A stretch of DNA of 64,000 nucleotides from Candidatus Latescibacterota bacterium (GCA_963791045.1 CAWBQK010000013.1:224001-288000), one strand, 5' to 3'; positions 9,820 through 20,215 are shown, counted from the first letter of the stretch. Numbers and translations are program-made. The notes: generated by a model not told the origin, from the sequence alone.

Positions 9820-11049
9820 ATGTGTACTGAAAAACTACCAATTCGTGTCCTGGTCTTAAGCTTGGTCAGCATTATCGCGTTTGGTTGCGGCGGTGATAAT
9901 GATGGTATTGTCGAATCCAATCCACGAGTCCTGATTTCGGACATTCAATTTACGGACCCCCACCTCGCTGATTGTGTCGTCGGACTGGGGGCGAAATACG
10001 CGGACGAAGTGGAGATTCTCGAATGCCATGACGCGGAGGAACTGTCCGGTATCGAAGCCCTTTCGAGTTTGAGAGAATTGAATTTAATGGGTTCGGCCAT
10101 CAGCGACCTCTCCCCTCTGTCGCCGCTCGGCGAGCTTCGGGAGCTGCAACTCGGCGCAAGCCCCGATCTGTCTGATCTCTCCCCTCTTGAATCTCTCGCA
10201 AAGCTCAGAAAACTGGGCATTGGGGGAGCCGGAAATCTTGACGATCTTTCGCCTTTAGCTTCCCTGAAACTCCTCTATTTCCTGGATGTGTGGCAAACAT
10301 TACGATTGGGCGATCTCTCGCCGTTGCACTCGCTCCCGCTTCACTATCTGTGGATTTTCGACACAGAATTCGATCTGAATCAAATATCGCCGATGACGAC
10401 GCTCCGTAATGTCTCGCTGATGGGCAACGGCATTGCGGATCTCCAGCCAATTGCATCACTGACAAACCTCGTAGCACTGGATCTGAGCGATAACAACGTC
10501 GTCAATCTCAGTCCGTTATCATCGCTGACAAATCTTACCTCTCTTTCTCTGGATCTCAATTCAGGCCTTAGTGACTTGAGCCCCTTGGAACCTCTTGCGA
10601 ACCTCACGTCATTGGGTCTGAGCGGCAATGACATGGTCGATCTATCCTCCCTGTCATCGCTATCTCAACTGGAGCGCCTGTGGATAAACAGGAATCGAAT
10701 TAATGATCTTACACCCCTTGCCTCACTCACGAATCTGACGTTGTTGAGCGCGGAGTTCAACGAAATCACGGAGATACCCTTATTGTCCGGATTGACCGAA
10801 TTACGGTCCCTGAATCTTGATTTCAACCACATAGACAATGTGTCGCCACTAGCCTCGATTACATCCCTGTCTGAATTGTCTCTGAAATACAACGGCATTA
10901 CGTCGGGAGTTGCGATGCTCACGTCGCTACCAAATGCAACGAAGATTGATTTGAGAGACAACGATCATATCCCGTGCGCGGATTTGGAAATCCTGGTCAA
11001 CGCCCTGGGGACCGATGTTGTTCTCCGGCCCGACAACTGCGCGCCATAA
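9820..11049 (+). CDS. Internalin-type leucine-rich-repeat lipoprotein
   Basis: Lipobox IAFGC; many ~22-aa repeats of type L..L.L..N.I.DL.PL..L; extended -10 TGATATAAT at 9777-9785. Confidence 0.85.
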   Translation: MCTEKLPIRVLVLSLVSIIAFGCGGDNDGIVESNPRVLISDIQFTDPHLADCVVGLGAKYADEVEILECHDAEELSGIEALSSLRELNLMGSAISDLSPLSPLGELRELQLGASPDLSDLSPLESLAKLRKLGIGGAGNLDDLSPLASLKLLYFLDVWQTLRLGDLSPLHSLPLHYLWIFDTEFDLNQISPMTTLRNVSLMGNGIADLQPIASLTNLVALDLSDNNVVNLSPLSSLTNLTSLSLDLNSGLSDLSPLEPLANLTSLGLSGNDMVDLSSLSSLSQLERLWINRNRINDLTPLASLTNLTLLSAEFNEITEIPLLSGLTELRSLNLDFNHIDNVSPLASITSLSELSLKYNGITSGVAMLTSLPNATKIDLRDNDHIPCADLEILVNALGTDVVLRPDNCAP

Positions 11050-11422
11050 TTCAAACCCCTCGCCACTAGTTAACAAAATAATATTACTCCCGCAGCGGGA
11101 GTTAAAAACCAACGACTTACACCGATTTTTGGAGAAAAGCTCAAAAAGGACATACTCCATCCCCAAACTGGGCGACATCCGGTGGGCTGGCAAATATTGC
11201 TGAATTCGATTTCGGCGTAAATACGTTTGGAGAAGTTTCGCCGCCCAAATGCATGACTTGCGAACCACCTCCCCAAATCGGTTTCGAACTCGCGAAACCG
11301 GACCGGGACCAGACTGACGCTTTGAACGAACTCTCCGAATAACCAAGCGGAACCCCGCACCAACCGGAGGCAGCGCCAAAAACCCCCTTGAATTCAAACG
11401 GTTTATCGGGCATCCTCACTGT

Positions 11423-11971
11423 ATGGTAAACGCAAAGGCGATCAGCGGCCACATACAGAAACGCCTCACTTCGTTAAAACGCGACGGCGCGGCGGCGGGT
11501 GAAGTGACCGAGTGGCTCATCGAAGAAGATCTCCTCAAGGAAGACAAGCAACCGCACACCCGGCTTCTAACACTGCTACGCGAAGGCAAGATCAAAGGCG
11601 CCTACCAGTTCCCCAACAAACGCTGGGTCGTAATTCGAAGTGCTCGGTTCCCCGACGGCTTGCAGCGCGTCATCCCGATAAAAGAAGCCGCAAAATGGCT
11701 CAAGATCTCGGAGAAAGCACTCCGGCAGTTCTTGAAGGACGGCCACATCAAGGCGCTCGACTTCGGACAGACGCCTGCTCTTTTTCACGAAGACGAGCTG
11801 AAACGATTCCAGAGCACTGTCCTCGACCCGTCGTATGAACTCGGCCTGGTCAAAGGCCTTGGGAAGGGACAGACGGATTTCGACAAGCTCAAACGTCAGC
11901 TCTACTATCTGCGGTCGGATATCCGATTGATCGTGGAGAGGATCGAGGAGCTGATTCGACTGCTCGAGTAG
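11423..11971 (+). CDS. Helix-turn-helix (excisionase/MerR-like HTH_17) DNA-binding protein with C-terminal coiled coil
   Basis: IKEAAKWLKISEKALRQFLKDGHIKA; heptad-like C-terminus. Confidence 0.6.
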   Translation: MVNAKAISGHIQKRLTSLKRDGAAAGEVTEWLIEEDLLKEDKQPHTRLLTLLREGKIKGAYQFPNKRWVVIRSARFPDGLQRVIPIKEAAKWLKISEKALRQFLKDGHIKALDFGQTPALFHEDELKRFQSTVLDPSYELGLVKGLGKGQTDFDKLKRQLYYLRSDIRLIVERIEELIRLLE

Positions 11972-11974
11972 CAG

Positions 11975-13042
11975 CTACGCGAATCTTCCAAGGGTATTGA
12001 TCTGATCGAGAAGCGCTTTGAATCTCGCCGCGCTTCTGTGGTCGTACGAGAACTTGAGTCTCGGCTTGTCGAGGAGCTCGGGTTCGTTGGATTCTTCGGG
12101 GAGCGCGTCCGTCTTCTCAATTTTTCCCACGGTAACAAGGTCGGCAAACTCATCGTTCAGGGTCTTGATCGCCGCGGCGGGGAGATCCCGTTCGAGACGG
12201 ATCACCACCTTGTTCCCCACCTGGCGGAACGAATGATACGTCGAGTAGAACTGTTGGATCTCGTCGACGCCTTTCTCCGCTGAATGAACGATCTTGTAGA
12301 GCGACGGATCCTCCGGCGAAATCAATCCCCGCTCCAGAAGCTCACCGCGCACGAATTCGTCCCACTGCTCCCAGTATGACTCGCCAGGAAGCTCCATAAG
12401 AATAAACGGGCGTGGAGTTGCTTTCTCCGTTTGGAGGAGCGTCAAGGTCTCGAACCCCTCGTCGTGCGTGCCGAACCCGCCGGGGAAAAGCGCAATGGCG
12501 TGCGACTCCATCACAAAAACGAGTTTTCGTGTGAAAAAATATTTGAATGTCACGAGCTTGGGATCGTCGATGATGTATTCGTTGGCGCCCTGCTCGAAGG
12601 GCAGCTGGATGTTGACGCCGAAACTCTTCCCCGTCCCCGCCCCTTCGTTTCCCGCCTTCATGATGCCGTCGGCGGCGCCGGTGATCACCATAAAACCCTT
12701 CTGCGAGAGCATGCGGGCGAACTTGACCGCCATCTTGTAATACGGGCTATCTTCGGGGGTTCGCGCCGACCCGAATATCGACACTTTGCGGATATGCCGG
12801 TACGGCTTGAACGCTTTGAAGGCATAGCGCATCTCTCGCAGCGACCGGTTGATGATCTTGAGATCGAGCATGTCGAGATCGTCGCCCTCGAGCGCGAGCG
12901 AGTTCAAAAGAATCTCGCGGCAAAGGATCGTGCGAAGTGACGAATCACCCTCGGTCAGAATCGACCGCATCGAATCCATGATTTTGTCGATCTGCTCGGG
13001 CTTGAGCGTCTTCTTGCGTCTTGGTGACGATTTGTCACTCAT
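11975..13042 (-). CDS. LOG family nucleotide monophosphate phosphoribohydrolase (long form)
   Basis: VSIFGSAR, TGAADGIMKAGN, LPFEQGAN, YFFTRK, PGGFGTHDE. Confidence 0.9.
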   Translation of the reverse strand: MSDKSSPRRKKTLKPEQIDKIMDSMRSILTEGDSSLRTILCREILLNSLALEGDDLDMLDLKIINRSLREMRYAFKAFKPYRHIRKVSIFGSARTPEDSPYYKMAVKFARMLSQKGFMVITGAADGIMKAGNEGAGTGKSFGVNIQLPFEQGANEYIIDDPKLVTFKYFFTRKLVFVMESHAIALFPGGFGTHDEGFETLTLLQTEKATPRPFILMELPGESYWEQWDEFVRGELLERGLISPEDPSLYKIVHSAEKGVDEIQQFYSTYHSFRQVGNKVVIRLERDLPAAAIKTLNDEFADLVTVGKIEKTDALPEESNEPELLDKPRLKFSYDHRSAARFKALLDQINTLGRFA

Positions 13043-13060
13043 ACCGTACTCCCGCCATGG

Positions 13061-13726
13061 TTATTCGAAAATGTCGAGAAGCGGGTGCAAACCTTCCCCA
13101 TTGATCACATAGTCGGCGCCCTCGGCAAGGTTCCTCGACTTGGGTCTGAAGGCGACCAGGTAGCCGACAACCCCGAGAAGTGGAACATCGTTCTCGCCGT
13201 CGCCGACAAACGCCGTTCGTTCAAGGGGAATGTTGTTTCTTCCCGCGATGTCACGGAGCGCGTCGGGCTTCCCGTGCGAATCAAATCGCGTCGCTTCCCA
13301 GGATACCAGTTTTCCCGTGTCGTCGAAGAACACTTTGTTGGTAAAAACTTCATCGAAGGGATGGTCGGGAAAAAGTGTGTCGAGCAGCACGTTCAGCGTG
13401 CCCGATATCACGCTCAGCTTGTACCCGCGATCCTTCAAGGCGTGGACGGTCTCACGCGCTCCGTCAAAGAGACTGAACTCCCGGATGGCGTCGACAATCC
13501 CTTCTCGGGTTGCGCCCCTGTCGATCCAACCCCCGACATCGAGTTGCACCCACCGCTCGTAGGAAAGCTTCCCCTGGCAGTACATTTCATACCTGAGACG
13601 GTTGATCTCGGTGCTGCCGCCAAACTTGAGGTTCAGCACTTCCCAGATCACCATTCCCGTCGGATGGCTGACCAGGGTCCCGTCAACATCGAAACAAATG
13701 AGATCGTATGACTTGTTGTTTTTCAA
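13061..13726 (-). CDS. HAD-superfamily phosphatase (phosphoserine phosphatase-like)
   Basis: FDVDGTL motif I, ISG motif II, K motif III, VGDGEND motif IV; TTG start. Confidence 0.85.
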   Translation of the reverse strand: MKNNKSYDLICFDVDGTLVSHPTGMVIWEVLNLKFGGSTEINRLRYEMYCQGKLSYERWVQLDVGGWIDRGATREGIVDAIREFSLFDGARETVHALKDRGYKLSVISGTLNVLLDTLFPDHPFDEVFTNKVFFDDTGKLVSWEATRFDSHGKPDALRDIAGRNNIPLERTAFVGDGENDVPLLGVVGYLVAFRPKSRNLAEGADYVINGEGLHPLLDIFE

Positions 13727-13891
13727 AGTTCCTCAACCTGCGACTCTCGTTCTTTTTGCGATCCAACCCCAGAGACTACCCAAAAAGCAATAGAGGCGCG
13801 GTTCAATCACCCCGCCTCCATCGCAATAATCCATCAAATGTGCATCTCAGTTACACATGACAACAAACCACCCAACCACACCCGGCCCATT

Positions 13892-15850
13892 CTATTTCTT
13901 AGCCATTGCCGCTTTCCGCGACTTCGCGGCCACACTGAAGAGGTACCAGCCAAGTGCGGCAAAAGCGATTGCCGAAACGACCTGTCCCATCCAGTCCGCC
14001 GGGTAATTGATTTCAAAAAACTTGGGCGCCTTGGACATCACGACGGCAAAGACGGCGATCACGACACCCATTAGCCCCTCACCGGCGATAAACCCGGATC
14101 CAAGCAGAATCCCCTGATCCTTGCCCTTCTCGTCGCCTGCGATCTTGTACCGATTCTCAACAAAGTGCCGGATCAAACCACCGATAAAAACCGGCGTCAT
14201 CGTGTAGAGCGGCAGATACATACCGACGGCGAACGCCAGTGGTGGTATGCGGAAAAACGTGATCACAATGGCGAACACGGCGCCAATCCCGACAAGGTCC
14301 CATCGGAGATCACCCCCAAGAACACCATCGAGAACCGTTTTCATTAGTGTCGCCTGCGGCGCGGGAAGCGCGTCGCTTCCAAACCCGTAGGCCTTTCCAA
14401 GGTAGTAGACGGCAAGACAAACAAAGAAAGCAGATCCGGCCGCGCCAATGATCTCGCTTATCTGCTGTTTTCTCGGCGTCGCTCCAATAATGTAACCGGT
14501 TTTCAAATCCTGTGAAATATCACCGGCGATTGACGCCGCAATACAAACGACCGTTCCGATCGTAAGCGCCGTGACTTTGCCCGTCATATCCGTCCAGCCC
14601 AGCAGCTTGAACACAAGACCGGTACCAAGGATTGTTACGATCGCCATCCCCGATGTCGGGTTTGACGACACGCCGATAAGACCGACAATCCTCGAGGACA
14701 CGGTGACAAAAGCAAAAGCAAAGGTGACAATTGCGAGAGCGCTTATTAACCGCATGGCAAAAAACGTGTGTGTCCCGAGGGCCTGGGGTACGACCGAGAG
14801 AACAAAAACGACCAGCGAAATGCCCAACAACACCCACTTGAGCGAGAGGTCCTGCTCTGTGCGGAGCTTGCCCTCGTCGAGTCCCGTCGCGCTGGAACGG
14901 ATTTCTTTGACACCGATCTTGAGCGATTCGAACATCGTCGGGATCGATCGGGCCACCGTGATAATCCCGGCGGCAGCCACCGCGCCGGCGCCAATAATCC
15001 TGATATACCCCTCCCATATCTCCTTCGCGCTCAACTGGCCAACCAGCGTGATCGACGGATCGAGCCCGCGCGAGCGAAGATACATGAGCGTGTTGTCCCA
15101 GATCAGGGTGTCCCCATACTTGTATGCGATAAACGGGATGATCACGACCCATGAAATCAAACCACCGCCGACCATGATCGCACCGATCCGCCGGCCAAGG
15201 ATATAGCCGACGCCGATAAGCGCGGGCGTCGTGGACACGCCGACGACGGCCTTCTTCAAAAGTGGAAGGTGGATTGCAACTTTGCTCGGCCACAGATAAA
15301 AAAGTGAAAGCAGCGCCTTGTAAACCGCGCCAATTCCCAGCCCGACGAACACGTTAGAGGCGGACGAGCCGCCTTCGGACGCGGCGATCAGCACCTCGGC
15401 GGCCGCCGTTCCTTCGGGGTACGGCAGATTGTCGTGTTCCTTGACGATTAAGAATGCCCGGAGTGGAATCATGAAAAGCACCCCGGTCACACCGCCGCAT
15501 ATCGCCAGCAATGTCATCTGGAGCATCGAAGGGTCGTAACCCCAGATAAAAAGCGCCGGGATGGTAAATATGATTCCCGAGGCGAGAGATGAACTCGCCG
15601 ACCCAGTGGTCTGCGATATGTTGCACTCAAGTATGCTCGATCGGCCAAACACGGGGGTGAGTATCCTCAGAATCGCGACTGACACGACGGCGAGCGGGAT
15701 TGCGGTACTAATCGTCAATCCCACGAGAAGCCCAAGGTACGCGTTCGCGCTTCCAAACACAGCCCCCAGAATGACACCGAGAATGACCGTCTTGAAGTTG
15801 AAGTCCTTCATATCGACGTTCGCAGGGACAAACGGTTTGTGTTCTGCCAT
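13892..15850 (-). CDS. OPT family oligopeptide transporter (paralog 1)
   Basis: ANAYLGL..GLTIS, YPEGTA, GVSSNPTSG, QDLKTG, LPAPQATLM; start MAEHKPFVPA. Confidence 0.92.
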   Translation of the reverse strand: MAEHKPFVPANVDMKDFNFKTVILGVILGAVFGSANAYLGLLVGLTISTAIPLAVVSVAILRILTPVFGRSSILECNISQTTGSASSSLASGIIFTIPALFIWGYDPSMLQMTLLAICGGVTGVLFMIPLRAFLIVKEHDNLPYPEGTAAAEVLIAASEGGSSASNVFVGLGIGAVYKALLSLFYLWPSKVAIHLPLLKKAVVGVSTTPALIGVGYILGRRIGAIMVGGGLISWVVIIPFIAYKYGDTLIWDNTLMYLRSRGLDPSITLVGQLSAKEIWEGYIRIIGAGAVAAAGIITVARSIPTMFESLKIGVKEIRSSATGLDEGKLRTEQDLSLKWVLLGISLVVFVLSVVPQALGTHTFFAMRLISALAIVTFAFAFVTVSSRIVGLIGVSSNPTSGMAIVTILGTGLVFKLLGWTDMTGKVTALTIGTVVCIAASIAGDISQDLKTGYIIGATPRKQQISEIIGAAGSAFFVCLAVYYLGKAYGFGSDALPAPQATLMKTVLDGVLGGDLRWDLVGIGAVFAIVITFFRIPPLAFAVGMYLPLYTMTPVFIGGLIRHFVENRYKIAGDEKGKDQGILLGSGFIAGEGLMGVVIAVFAVVMSKAPKFFEINYPADWMGQVVSAIAFAALGWYLFSVAAKSRKAAMAKK

Positions 15851-16048
15851 GCGGACCGGTCCTTTCAACAGATTGTCATGAAATGGGTTGAACAGCGAGA
15901 ATACACTATCCGCCGCGGCCCCTCCAAGAAAAATCGGCCAAGGTGCTCCCCCGGGGGACCTACCGAACAAACAAACCAGTTTGGACGAACCGATGCGCAT
16001 GGTACAATTCGGCGAAATACAGATACAATTGTTAACCACGGACGATTC

Positions 16049-16639
16049 ATGAGTGACCCACCCAAAAATACAGGCATCGACCCAGCAAGCTGGGTCGACG
16101 AACACGGTGACGTGCTGTACCGTTTTGCCCTCGTAAGGGTCAAGGACGAGCATGTCGCCGAAGATCTCGTTCAGGAGACCTTCATTTCCGCCCTGCAGGG
16201 CCTCGACAAGTTCAAAGGGGGGTCCTCGATCCGCACCTGGCTGGTGGGGATTCTCAAACACAAGATTATCGACCAGTTCCGCAAAGGCTCGCGGGAAATC
16301 GTGTCCGCCGACCTGAGCGCGATCGAAGAGGAAACCGAGGACGAGACTTTCAACCGCTGGGGTCAATGGCGCCAGCCCCCGAGCAAGTGGGGGGAGAGCC
16401 CGGATAACCTATTGGAAGATAAAGAGTTTTGGGGTGTTTTCAAGCGCTGTATGGACGCATTGCCCGAGGGGTTCCGCCGGGCGTTCTCGATGCGTGAGAT
16501 CGATGGCCTCACGACGGACGAAATATGTAAGGTTCTTGATATAACATCGACCAATCTTTGGGTGATGCTTCACCGGGCACGCGGCAAACTCCGGAACTGC
16601 TTGGACAATAACTGGTTCCGAGAAAAAGGCCCGGCTTGA
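16049..16639 (+). CDS. ECF RNA polymerase sigma-70 factor
   Basis: AEDLVQETF, RTWLVGILKHKIID, region 4 EICKVLDITSTNLWVMLHRARGKLR. Confidence 0.92.
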   Translation: MSDPPKNTGIDPASWVDEHGDVLYRFALVRVKDEHVAEDLVQETFISALQGLDKFKGGSSIRTWLVGILKHKIIDQFRKGSREIVSADLSAIEEETEDETFNRWGQWRQPPSKWGESPDNLLEDKEFWGVFKRCMDALPEGFRRAFSMREIDGLTTDEICKVLDITSTNLWVMLHRARGKLRNCLDNNWFREKGPA

Positions 16640-16678
16640 CGAGGCCACCCAGCCAAGGCACCCAAGGAGACACAACTG

Positions 16679-16951
16679 ATGAGATGTAAAGAAATTGCCA
16701 AGCTCCTCTCCGAAGAGAAGGATCATGAGCTCACACTGTCCCAGAAGCTCATGATGAAGTTCCATCTCTCCATTTGCATATTCTGTAGGCGGATGGCCAG
16801 CCAACTCAAATTTATTGAACGAGTTACAGAGAGAATCGGCGGCAACGCCGACGAATCCCCCGTGGCCCACCCGGAGATCTTTTCGGCGTCGCTCTCCCCC
16901 AGCGCCAAAACCCGGATGAAAAATATCCTCGCAGGAAGAAATTTCCAGTAA
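16679..16951 (+). CDS. Zinc-finger (zf-HC2) anti-sigma factor, soluble
   Basis: MRC...HLSICIFC (HxxxCxxC) directly after the ECF sigma; no TM helix; AAGGAG RBS. Confidence 0.85.
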   Translation: MRCKEIAKLLSEEKDHELTLSQKLMMKFHLSICIFCRRMASQLKFIERVTERIGGNADESPVAHPEIFSASLSPSAKTRMKNILAGRNFQ

Positions 16952-17114
16952 GAAAACCTGTAAGGTTTCGGACCCGCCCGCGACAAACCACCAGAACATA
17001 CACTTCTACCTGACAGCATATCGAAAAAGGCGGGGCGCCAATGATTTGACACCGTGCACCCCCCCGACGCTGCACCGGCGTTCCGCCTTTCACTACTTCC
17101 AAGCAGACCGGCCC

Positions 17115-17153
17115 AAAAAAAAGGCGAAACCGCAAACGCGGCTTCGCCTTTTT
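17115..17153. terminator. Bidirectional intrinsic terminator between convergent genes
   Basis: A8-GGCGAAACCGC-AAAC-GCGGCTTCGCC-T5; on the minus strand the stem closes with a G-U pair and is followed by U8. Confidence 0.85.
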
Positions 17154-17174
17154 CGAACAATACAGAACGTGGTC

Positions 17175-18782
17175 TTACAGTTTGAAACTGAAACGGCTCT
17201 TGAAATGCCTCAAGAAGAGGTCGCGGCCGTATTCGACTTCGACGGCTGGGATCCGGTCTTTATTCTCGGCCAGAATCCTCATCGATTCGGCAACCGAGAA
17301 CAGATCCTGGTCTTCGTATGTCAGACGCGGAACCGACGCACGAATGAAGTTCACGCGCGGATCGGGCGGAATTTCCTTCCCGTCTTTGTGCTTTCCGAAC
17401 GCGTAAAGCCCCAACTCGCAGAGACGATGCCCCGCGATGAGCATGAGTCCGGTAAACGCGATACCCTTGAAGTCGTCGTCCTTGGCCCCGGACCCTTCAA
17501 AGAAACGGTCGAGGTCGATGTAGACGGCGTGACCACCAATTGGGCTGACGAGCGGTATTCCGTACTCCTGGAGTTTCTCGCCAAACCGGCCCACCTGCCC
17601 GATCCTGTAATCGAGATATTCTTGTTTGAGAGCGGTGCGAAGCCCCTGGACGAGCGCCTTGAGATCCCGGCCCGCCATGCCCCCGTAAGTGGGGTGGCCT
17701 TCGACTAGAATCTGGCGGTCGATCATTTTCATCCAGATGTCCGGGTATTTTTCAATGAACCGGCCCTTCTTTTTGAAAATCATCCCGCCGCCGATATTGA
17801 CCAGTCCATCTTTTTTGAAACTGATATGAAAACCGTCGACGTACGAAAACATTTCGTGGACGATTTCCGTTATCGGCTTGTCCTGGTACCCAGGCTCTTT
17901 TTTCTGAATGAACCACGCGTTCTCGGCAAACCGGCAGGCGTCGAAGAAAAACGGAAGGTTGTAACGGTCGGTAATGGCGCGAACCTGTTTGATATTTTCC
18001 ATCGACACGGGTTGTCCGCCGCCCGTGTTGTTCGTGATCGTCATGTATACGAGTGGAACCCGGTCTCCCATGGTTTTGATGACCGTCTCGAGCGCGTCGA
18101 GATCCATGTTTCCCCTGAACGGAAAACTTTCGTCACCCGCGAGATGTTGCGGGCTTGGGAGATTCAACGGGATCAACCGGCTGTCTTCGATATTTCCCTG
18201 CGTTGTGTCAAAATGGGAATTGCTCGGGATGATAAAATACGGCTGACGCATGCCCTCGATTCGGCCTTCGATACGCGACTTCAACTCGTCCGGCAGTCCG
18301 GCCACCGAGTCTTCCCTCACTTCGGGAATCATCGGTCTTAATTCATTCGAAAACAGATTAAAAAAATTGTGCTCCGCGGCACGTCCCTGATGAAAGATAA
18401 AAAAGGTTTCCCTGTGGTTTATTTCCTGTTGCCACTCAGGACCAAAGGTCTCGGGGATCTGCGCTTTGAGTTCGAAATAACCCTCGTTCGATCCGTACGA
18501 CTCGTCACCCATGACAAGCGCCGCCCATTGTTCGAGCGTCATCGTCGTGGTACCCGAATCGGTCAACAGATCGCAACCGGGAATCATTCTGGCTGGGAAA
18601 CTAAAGACGTTGAGGCCCGTCTCCTCCGCAATCGCCCTCCGCTGCTCAAAGTCTTCGACCGACGAGGCGCCAAATCGGACAGCCACGTTTCGGTATGGTC
18701 TCGGCTGGAAGTAGCGGAGCGGCGGTGTCTTTTCGGGCAACAATTCTTTGAATTTCGATATGAAAAAAGCAATCGAATCCAA
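17175..18782 (-). CDS. tnaA: Tryptophanase/tyrosine phenol-lyase family PLP beta-eliminating lyase
   Basis: DLLTDSGT, GDESY, HQGRAAE, HFDTT, TNNTGGGQPVS, DACRFAEN, SFKKDG (PLP Lys), TYGGMAGRD, LRHF; TTG start after AGGAG. Confidence 0.8.
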   Translation of the reverse strand: MDSIAFFISKFKELLPEKTPPLRYFQPRPYRNVAVRFGASSVEDFEQRRAIAEETGLNVFSFPARMIPGCDLLTDSGTTTMTLEQWAALVMGDESYGSNEGYFELKAQIPETFGPEWQQEINHRETFFIFHQGRAAEHNFFNLFSNELRPMIPEVREDSVAGLPDELKSRIEGRIEGMRQPYFIIPSNSHFDTTQGNIEDSRLIPLNLPSPQHLAGDESFPFRGNMDLDALETVIKTMGDRVPLVYMTITNNTGGGQPVSMENIKQVRAITDRYNLPFFFDACRFAENAWFIQKKEPGYQDKPITEIVHEMFSYVDGFHISFKKDGLVNIGGGMIFKKKGRFIEKYPDIWMKMIDRQILVEGHPTYGGMAGRDLKALVQGLRTALKQEYLDYRIGQVGRFGEKLQEYGIPLVSPIGGHAVYIDLDRFFEGSGAKDDDFKGIAFTGLMLIAGHRLCELGLYAFGKHKDGKEIPPDPRVNFIRASVPRLTYEDQDLFSVAESMRILAENKDRIPAVEVEYGRDLFLRHFKSRFSFKL

Positions 18783-18851
18783 CTTTACCGCTCCTGTGTT
18801 AATGGGTATAACTTCAATGCTTTCAAGCAAATTTCAGGCCGAATCAGACAG

Positions 18852-18880
18852 AAGATATACTAAGCCCCATGGCATGACAA
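18852..18880 (-). promoter_or_regulatory. Sigma-70-like promoter for the tnaA-like gene
   Basis: TTGTCA-17 nt-TATCTT on the minus strand. Confidence 0.45.
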
Positions 18881-19112
18881 GCAATTATTCTGGGATGGTT
18901 TTTGCATCCTCAAAAGAGCACGCGCGGAACTCTTATCACCCCTTCGGGTACAAGATGGCAACGATATATGTAGAAAACCACAAACGGTTTATGTTAGATT
19001 ATCCGCATATTTAGCCGCGGCGTCGCGGCTTTATACTATTGCGGACAACTGTAAGATTAATCTTACATATCGTGGCCCCCTCTCTTGAGGGGCCCCGCCA
19101 AGGAGCCGATCG

Positions 19113-19703
19113 ATGAATCTCATGAAAGACCTCGCTGGCGGCGTTCTTGTCATTCTTGCCGCCGGTCTGATTGGAATCGCGCAGAATGCGGCGAGAGACG
19201 ACTCAGTTCCCCTGATTCCAAAAAAAGCAAACGCCGCCACCATGGATTCCAGAGACAATGAACTCGTGTCCGAGATGACGGATGCGGGTGAGCAACCCGC
19301 GATGGATGCGACGGACATGGGCTCACCGGTGCCAACCGATTCGGAGATTGCCGGTGGCGAGGTGTCGATGAACCGGCTCGCCACTCTTCTTGAGTCAGGA
19401 CTCATCACCCTGATCGATGCGCGGAGCCACCAGGAATTCGACAACGGCCATATCGCCGGCGCGATCAGCTTCCCGTACGAAGAGCTGCTCGGGCACTACG
19501 ATGAACTCAGAGAATCCATTCCGATAAACACCGATGTCGTAATTTACTGCGAAAGCTTTACCTGCGATCAATCCGAGAATCTTGCCACCGAACTCAAGCT
19601 CATGGGATACGAGCGTGTGACCATCTACAAGGGCGGATGGCAGGAATGGGATGAGGCGGGACTTCCGACCGAGAAATCTGAACTCGAAAAAACCGAGCAT
19701 TAA
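19113..19703 (+). CDS. Membrane-anchored rhodanese-like domain protein
   Basis: N-terminal TM, LIDARSHQEFDNGHIAGA, YCESFTC, YKGGWQEW. Confidence 0.85.
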   Translation: MNLMKDLAGGVLVILAAGLIGIAQNAARDDSVPLIPKKANAATMDSRDNELVSEMTDAGEQPAMDATDMGSPVPTDSEIAGGEVSMNRLATLLESGLITLIDARSHQEFDNGHIAGAISFPYEELLGHYDELRESIPINTDVVIYCESFTCDQSENLATELKLMGYERVTIYKGGWQEWDEAGLPTEKSELEKTEH

Positions 19704-19705
19704 AC

Positions 19706-20215
19706 ATGACCACAGAATCCACAACCACGTCCCAGAGCTCGAATCCGCTGACCGTTCTGCTGACGAACAAGGTATTCATCCTTGTCCTCCGCGTCTTTCT
19801 TGGCATCGTCTTTGTCCTCGCCTCCGCCGATAAGGTTCTCGAACCCGACAAGTTTGCGGTTGCCGTTCGCGGGTATCAACTCTTACCGGTCGAACTGTCG
19901 AATCTATTCGCAATCGTCGTGGCATGGGGCGAGCTCATCGCCGCGATCATGCTTATCTTCGGCGTGTTCACGAGAAAAGCCGCCGGTGCGATTTTCCTGT
20001 TGCTGCTCATGTTCACCGGGGCGATCGTCATAGTGATGATTCGTGGGATCGTCATCGACTGTGGGTGTTTTGCCAACGAGGGTGGGAGCCAAACCGGCGT
20101 GCGCCTGGTCATTCGAAATGTATTTCTCATGGTCACGTCGCTGATGGTCATGCGGTTCGAAAGCGGGTACTTTGGCCTCTCAAAATTCTTTTCGAGGAAG
20201 AAACGCGCGAGTTGA
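19706..20215 (+). CDS. MauE/DoxX family membrane redox protein
   Basis: RVFLG..F..ASADK, GELIAA, IDCGCF, IRN; 4 TM helices. Confidence 0.85.
   Translation: MTTESTTTSQSSNPLTVLLTNKVFILVLRVFLGIVFVLASADKVLEPDKFAVAVRGYQLLPVELSNLFAIVVAWGELIAAIMLIFGVFTRKAAGAIFLLLLMFTGAIVIVMIRGIVIDCGCFANEGGSQTGVRLVIRNVFLMVTSLMVMRFESGYFGLSKFFSRKKRAS

Noticed and set aside
11423-11971. Prophage or integrative element
   Set aside because: An excisionase-like HTH alone, with no integrase, tRNA att site, transposase or phage genes in the window.
15851-16366. N-terminal extension of the 824-aa OPT ORF
   Set aside because: It is the antisense shadow of the ECF sigma gene; OPT homology begins at MAEHKPF (15850).
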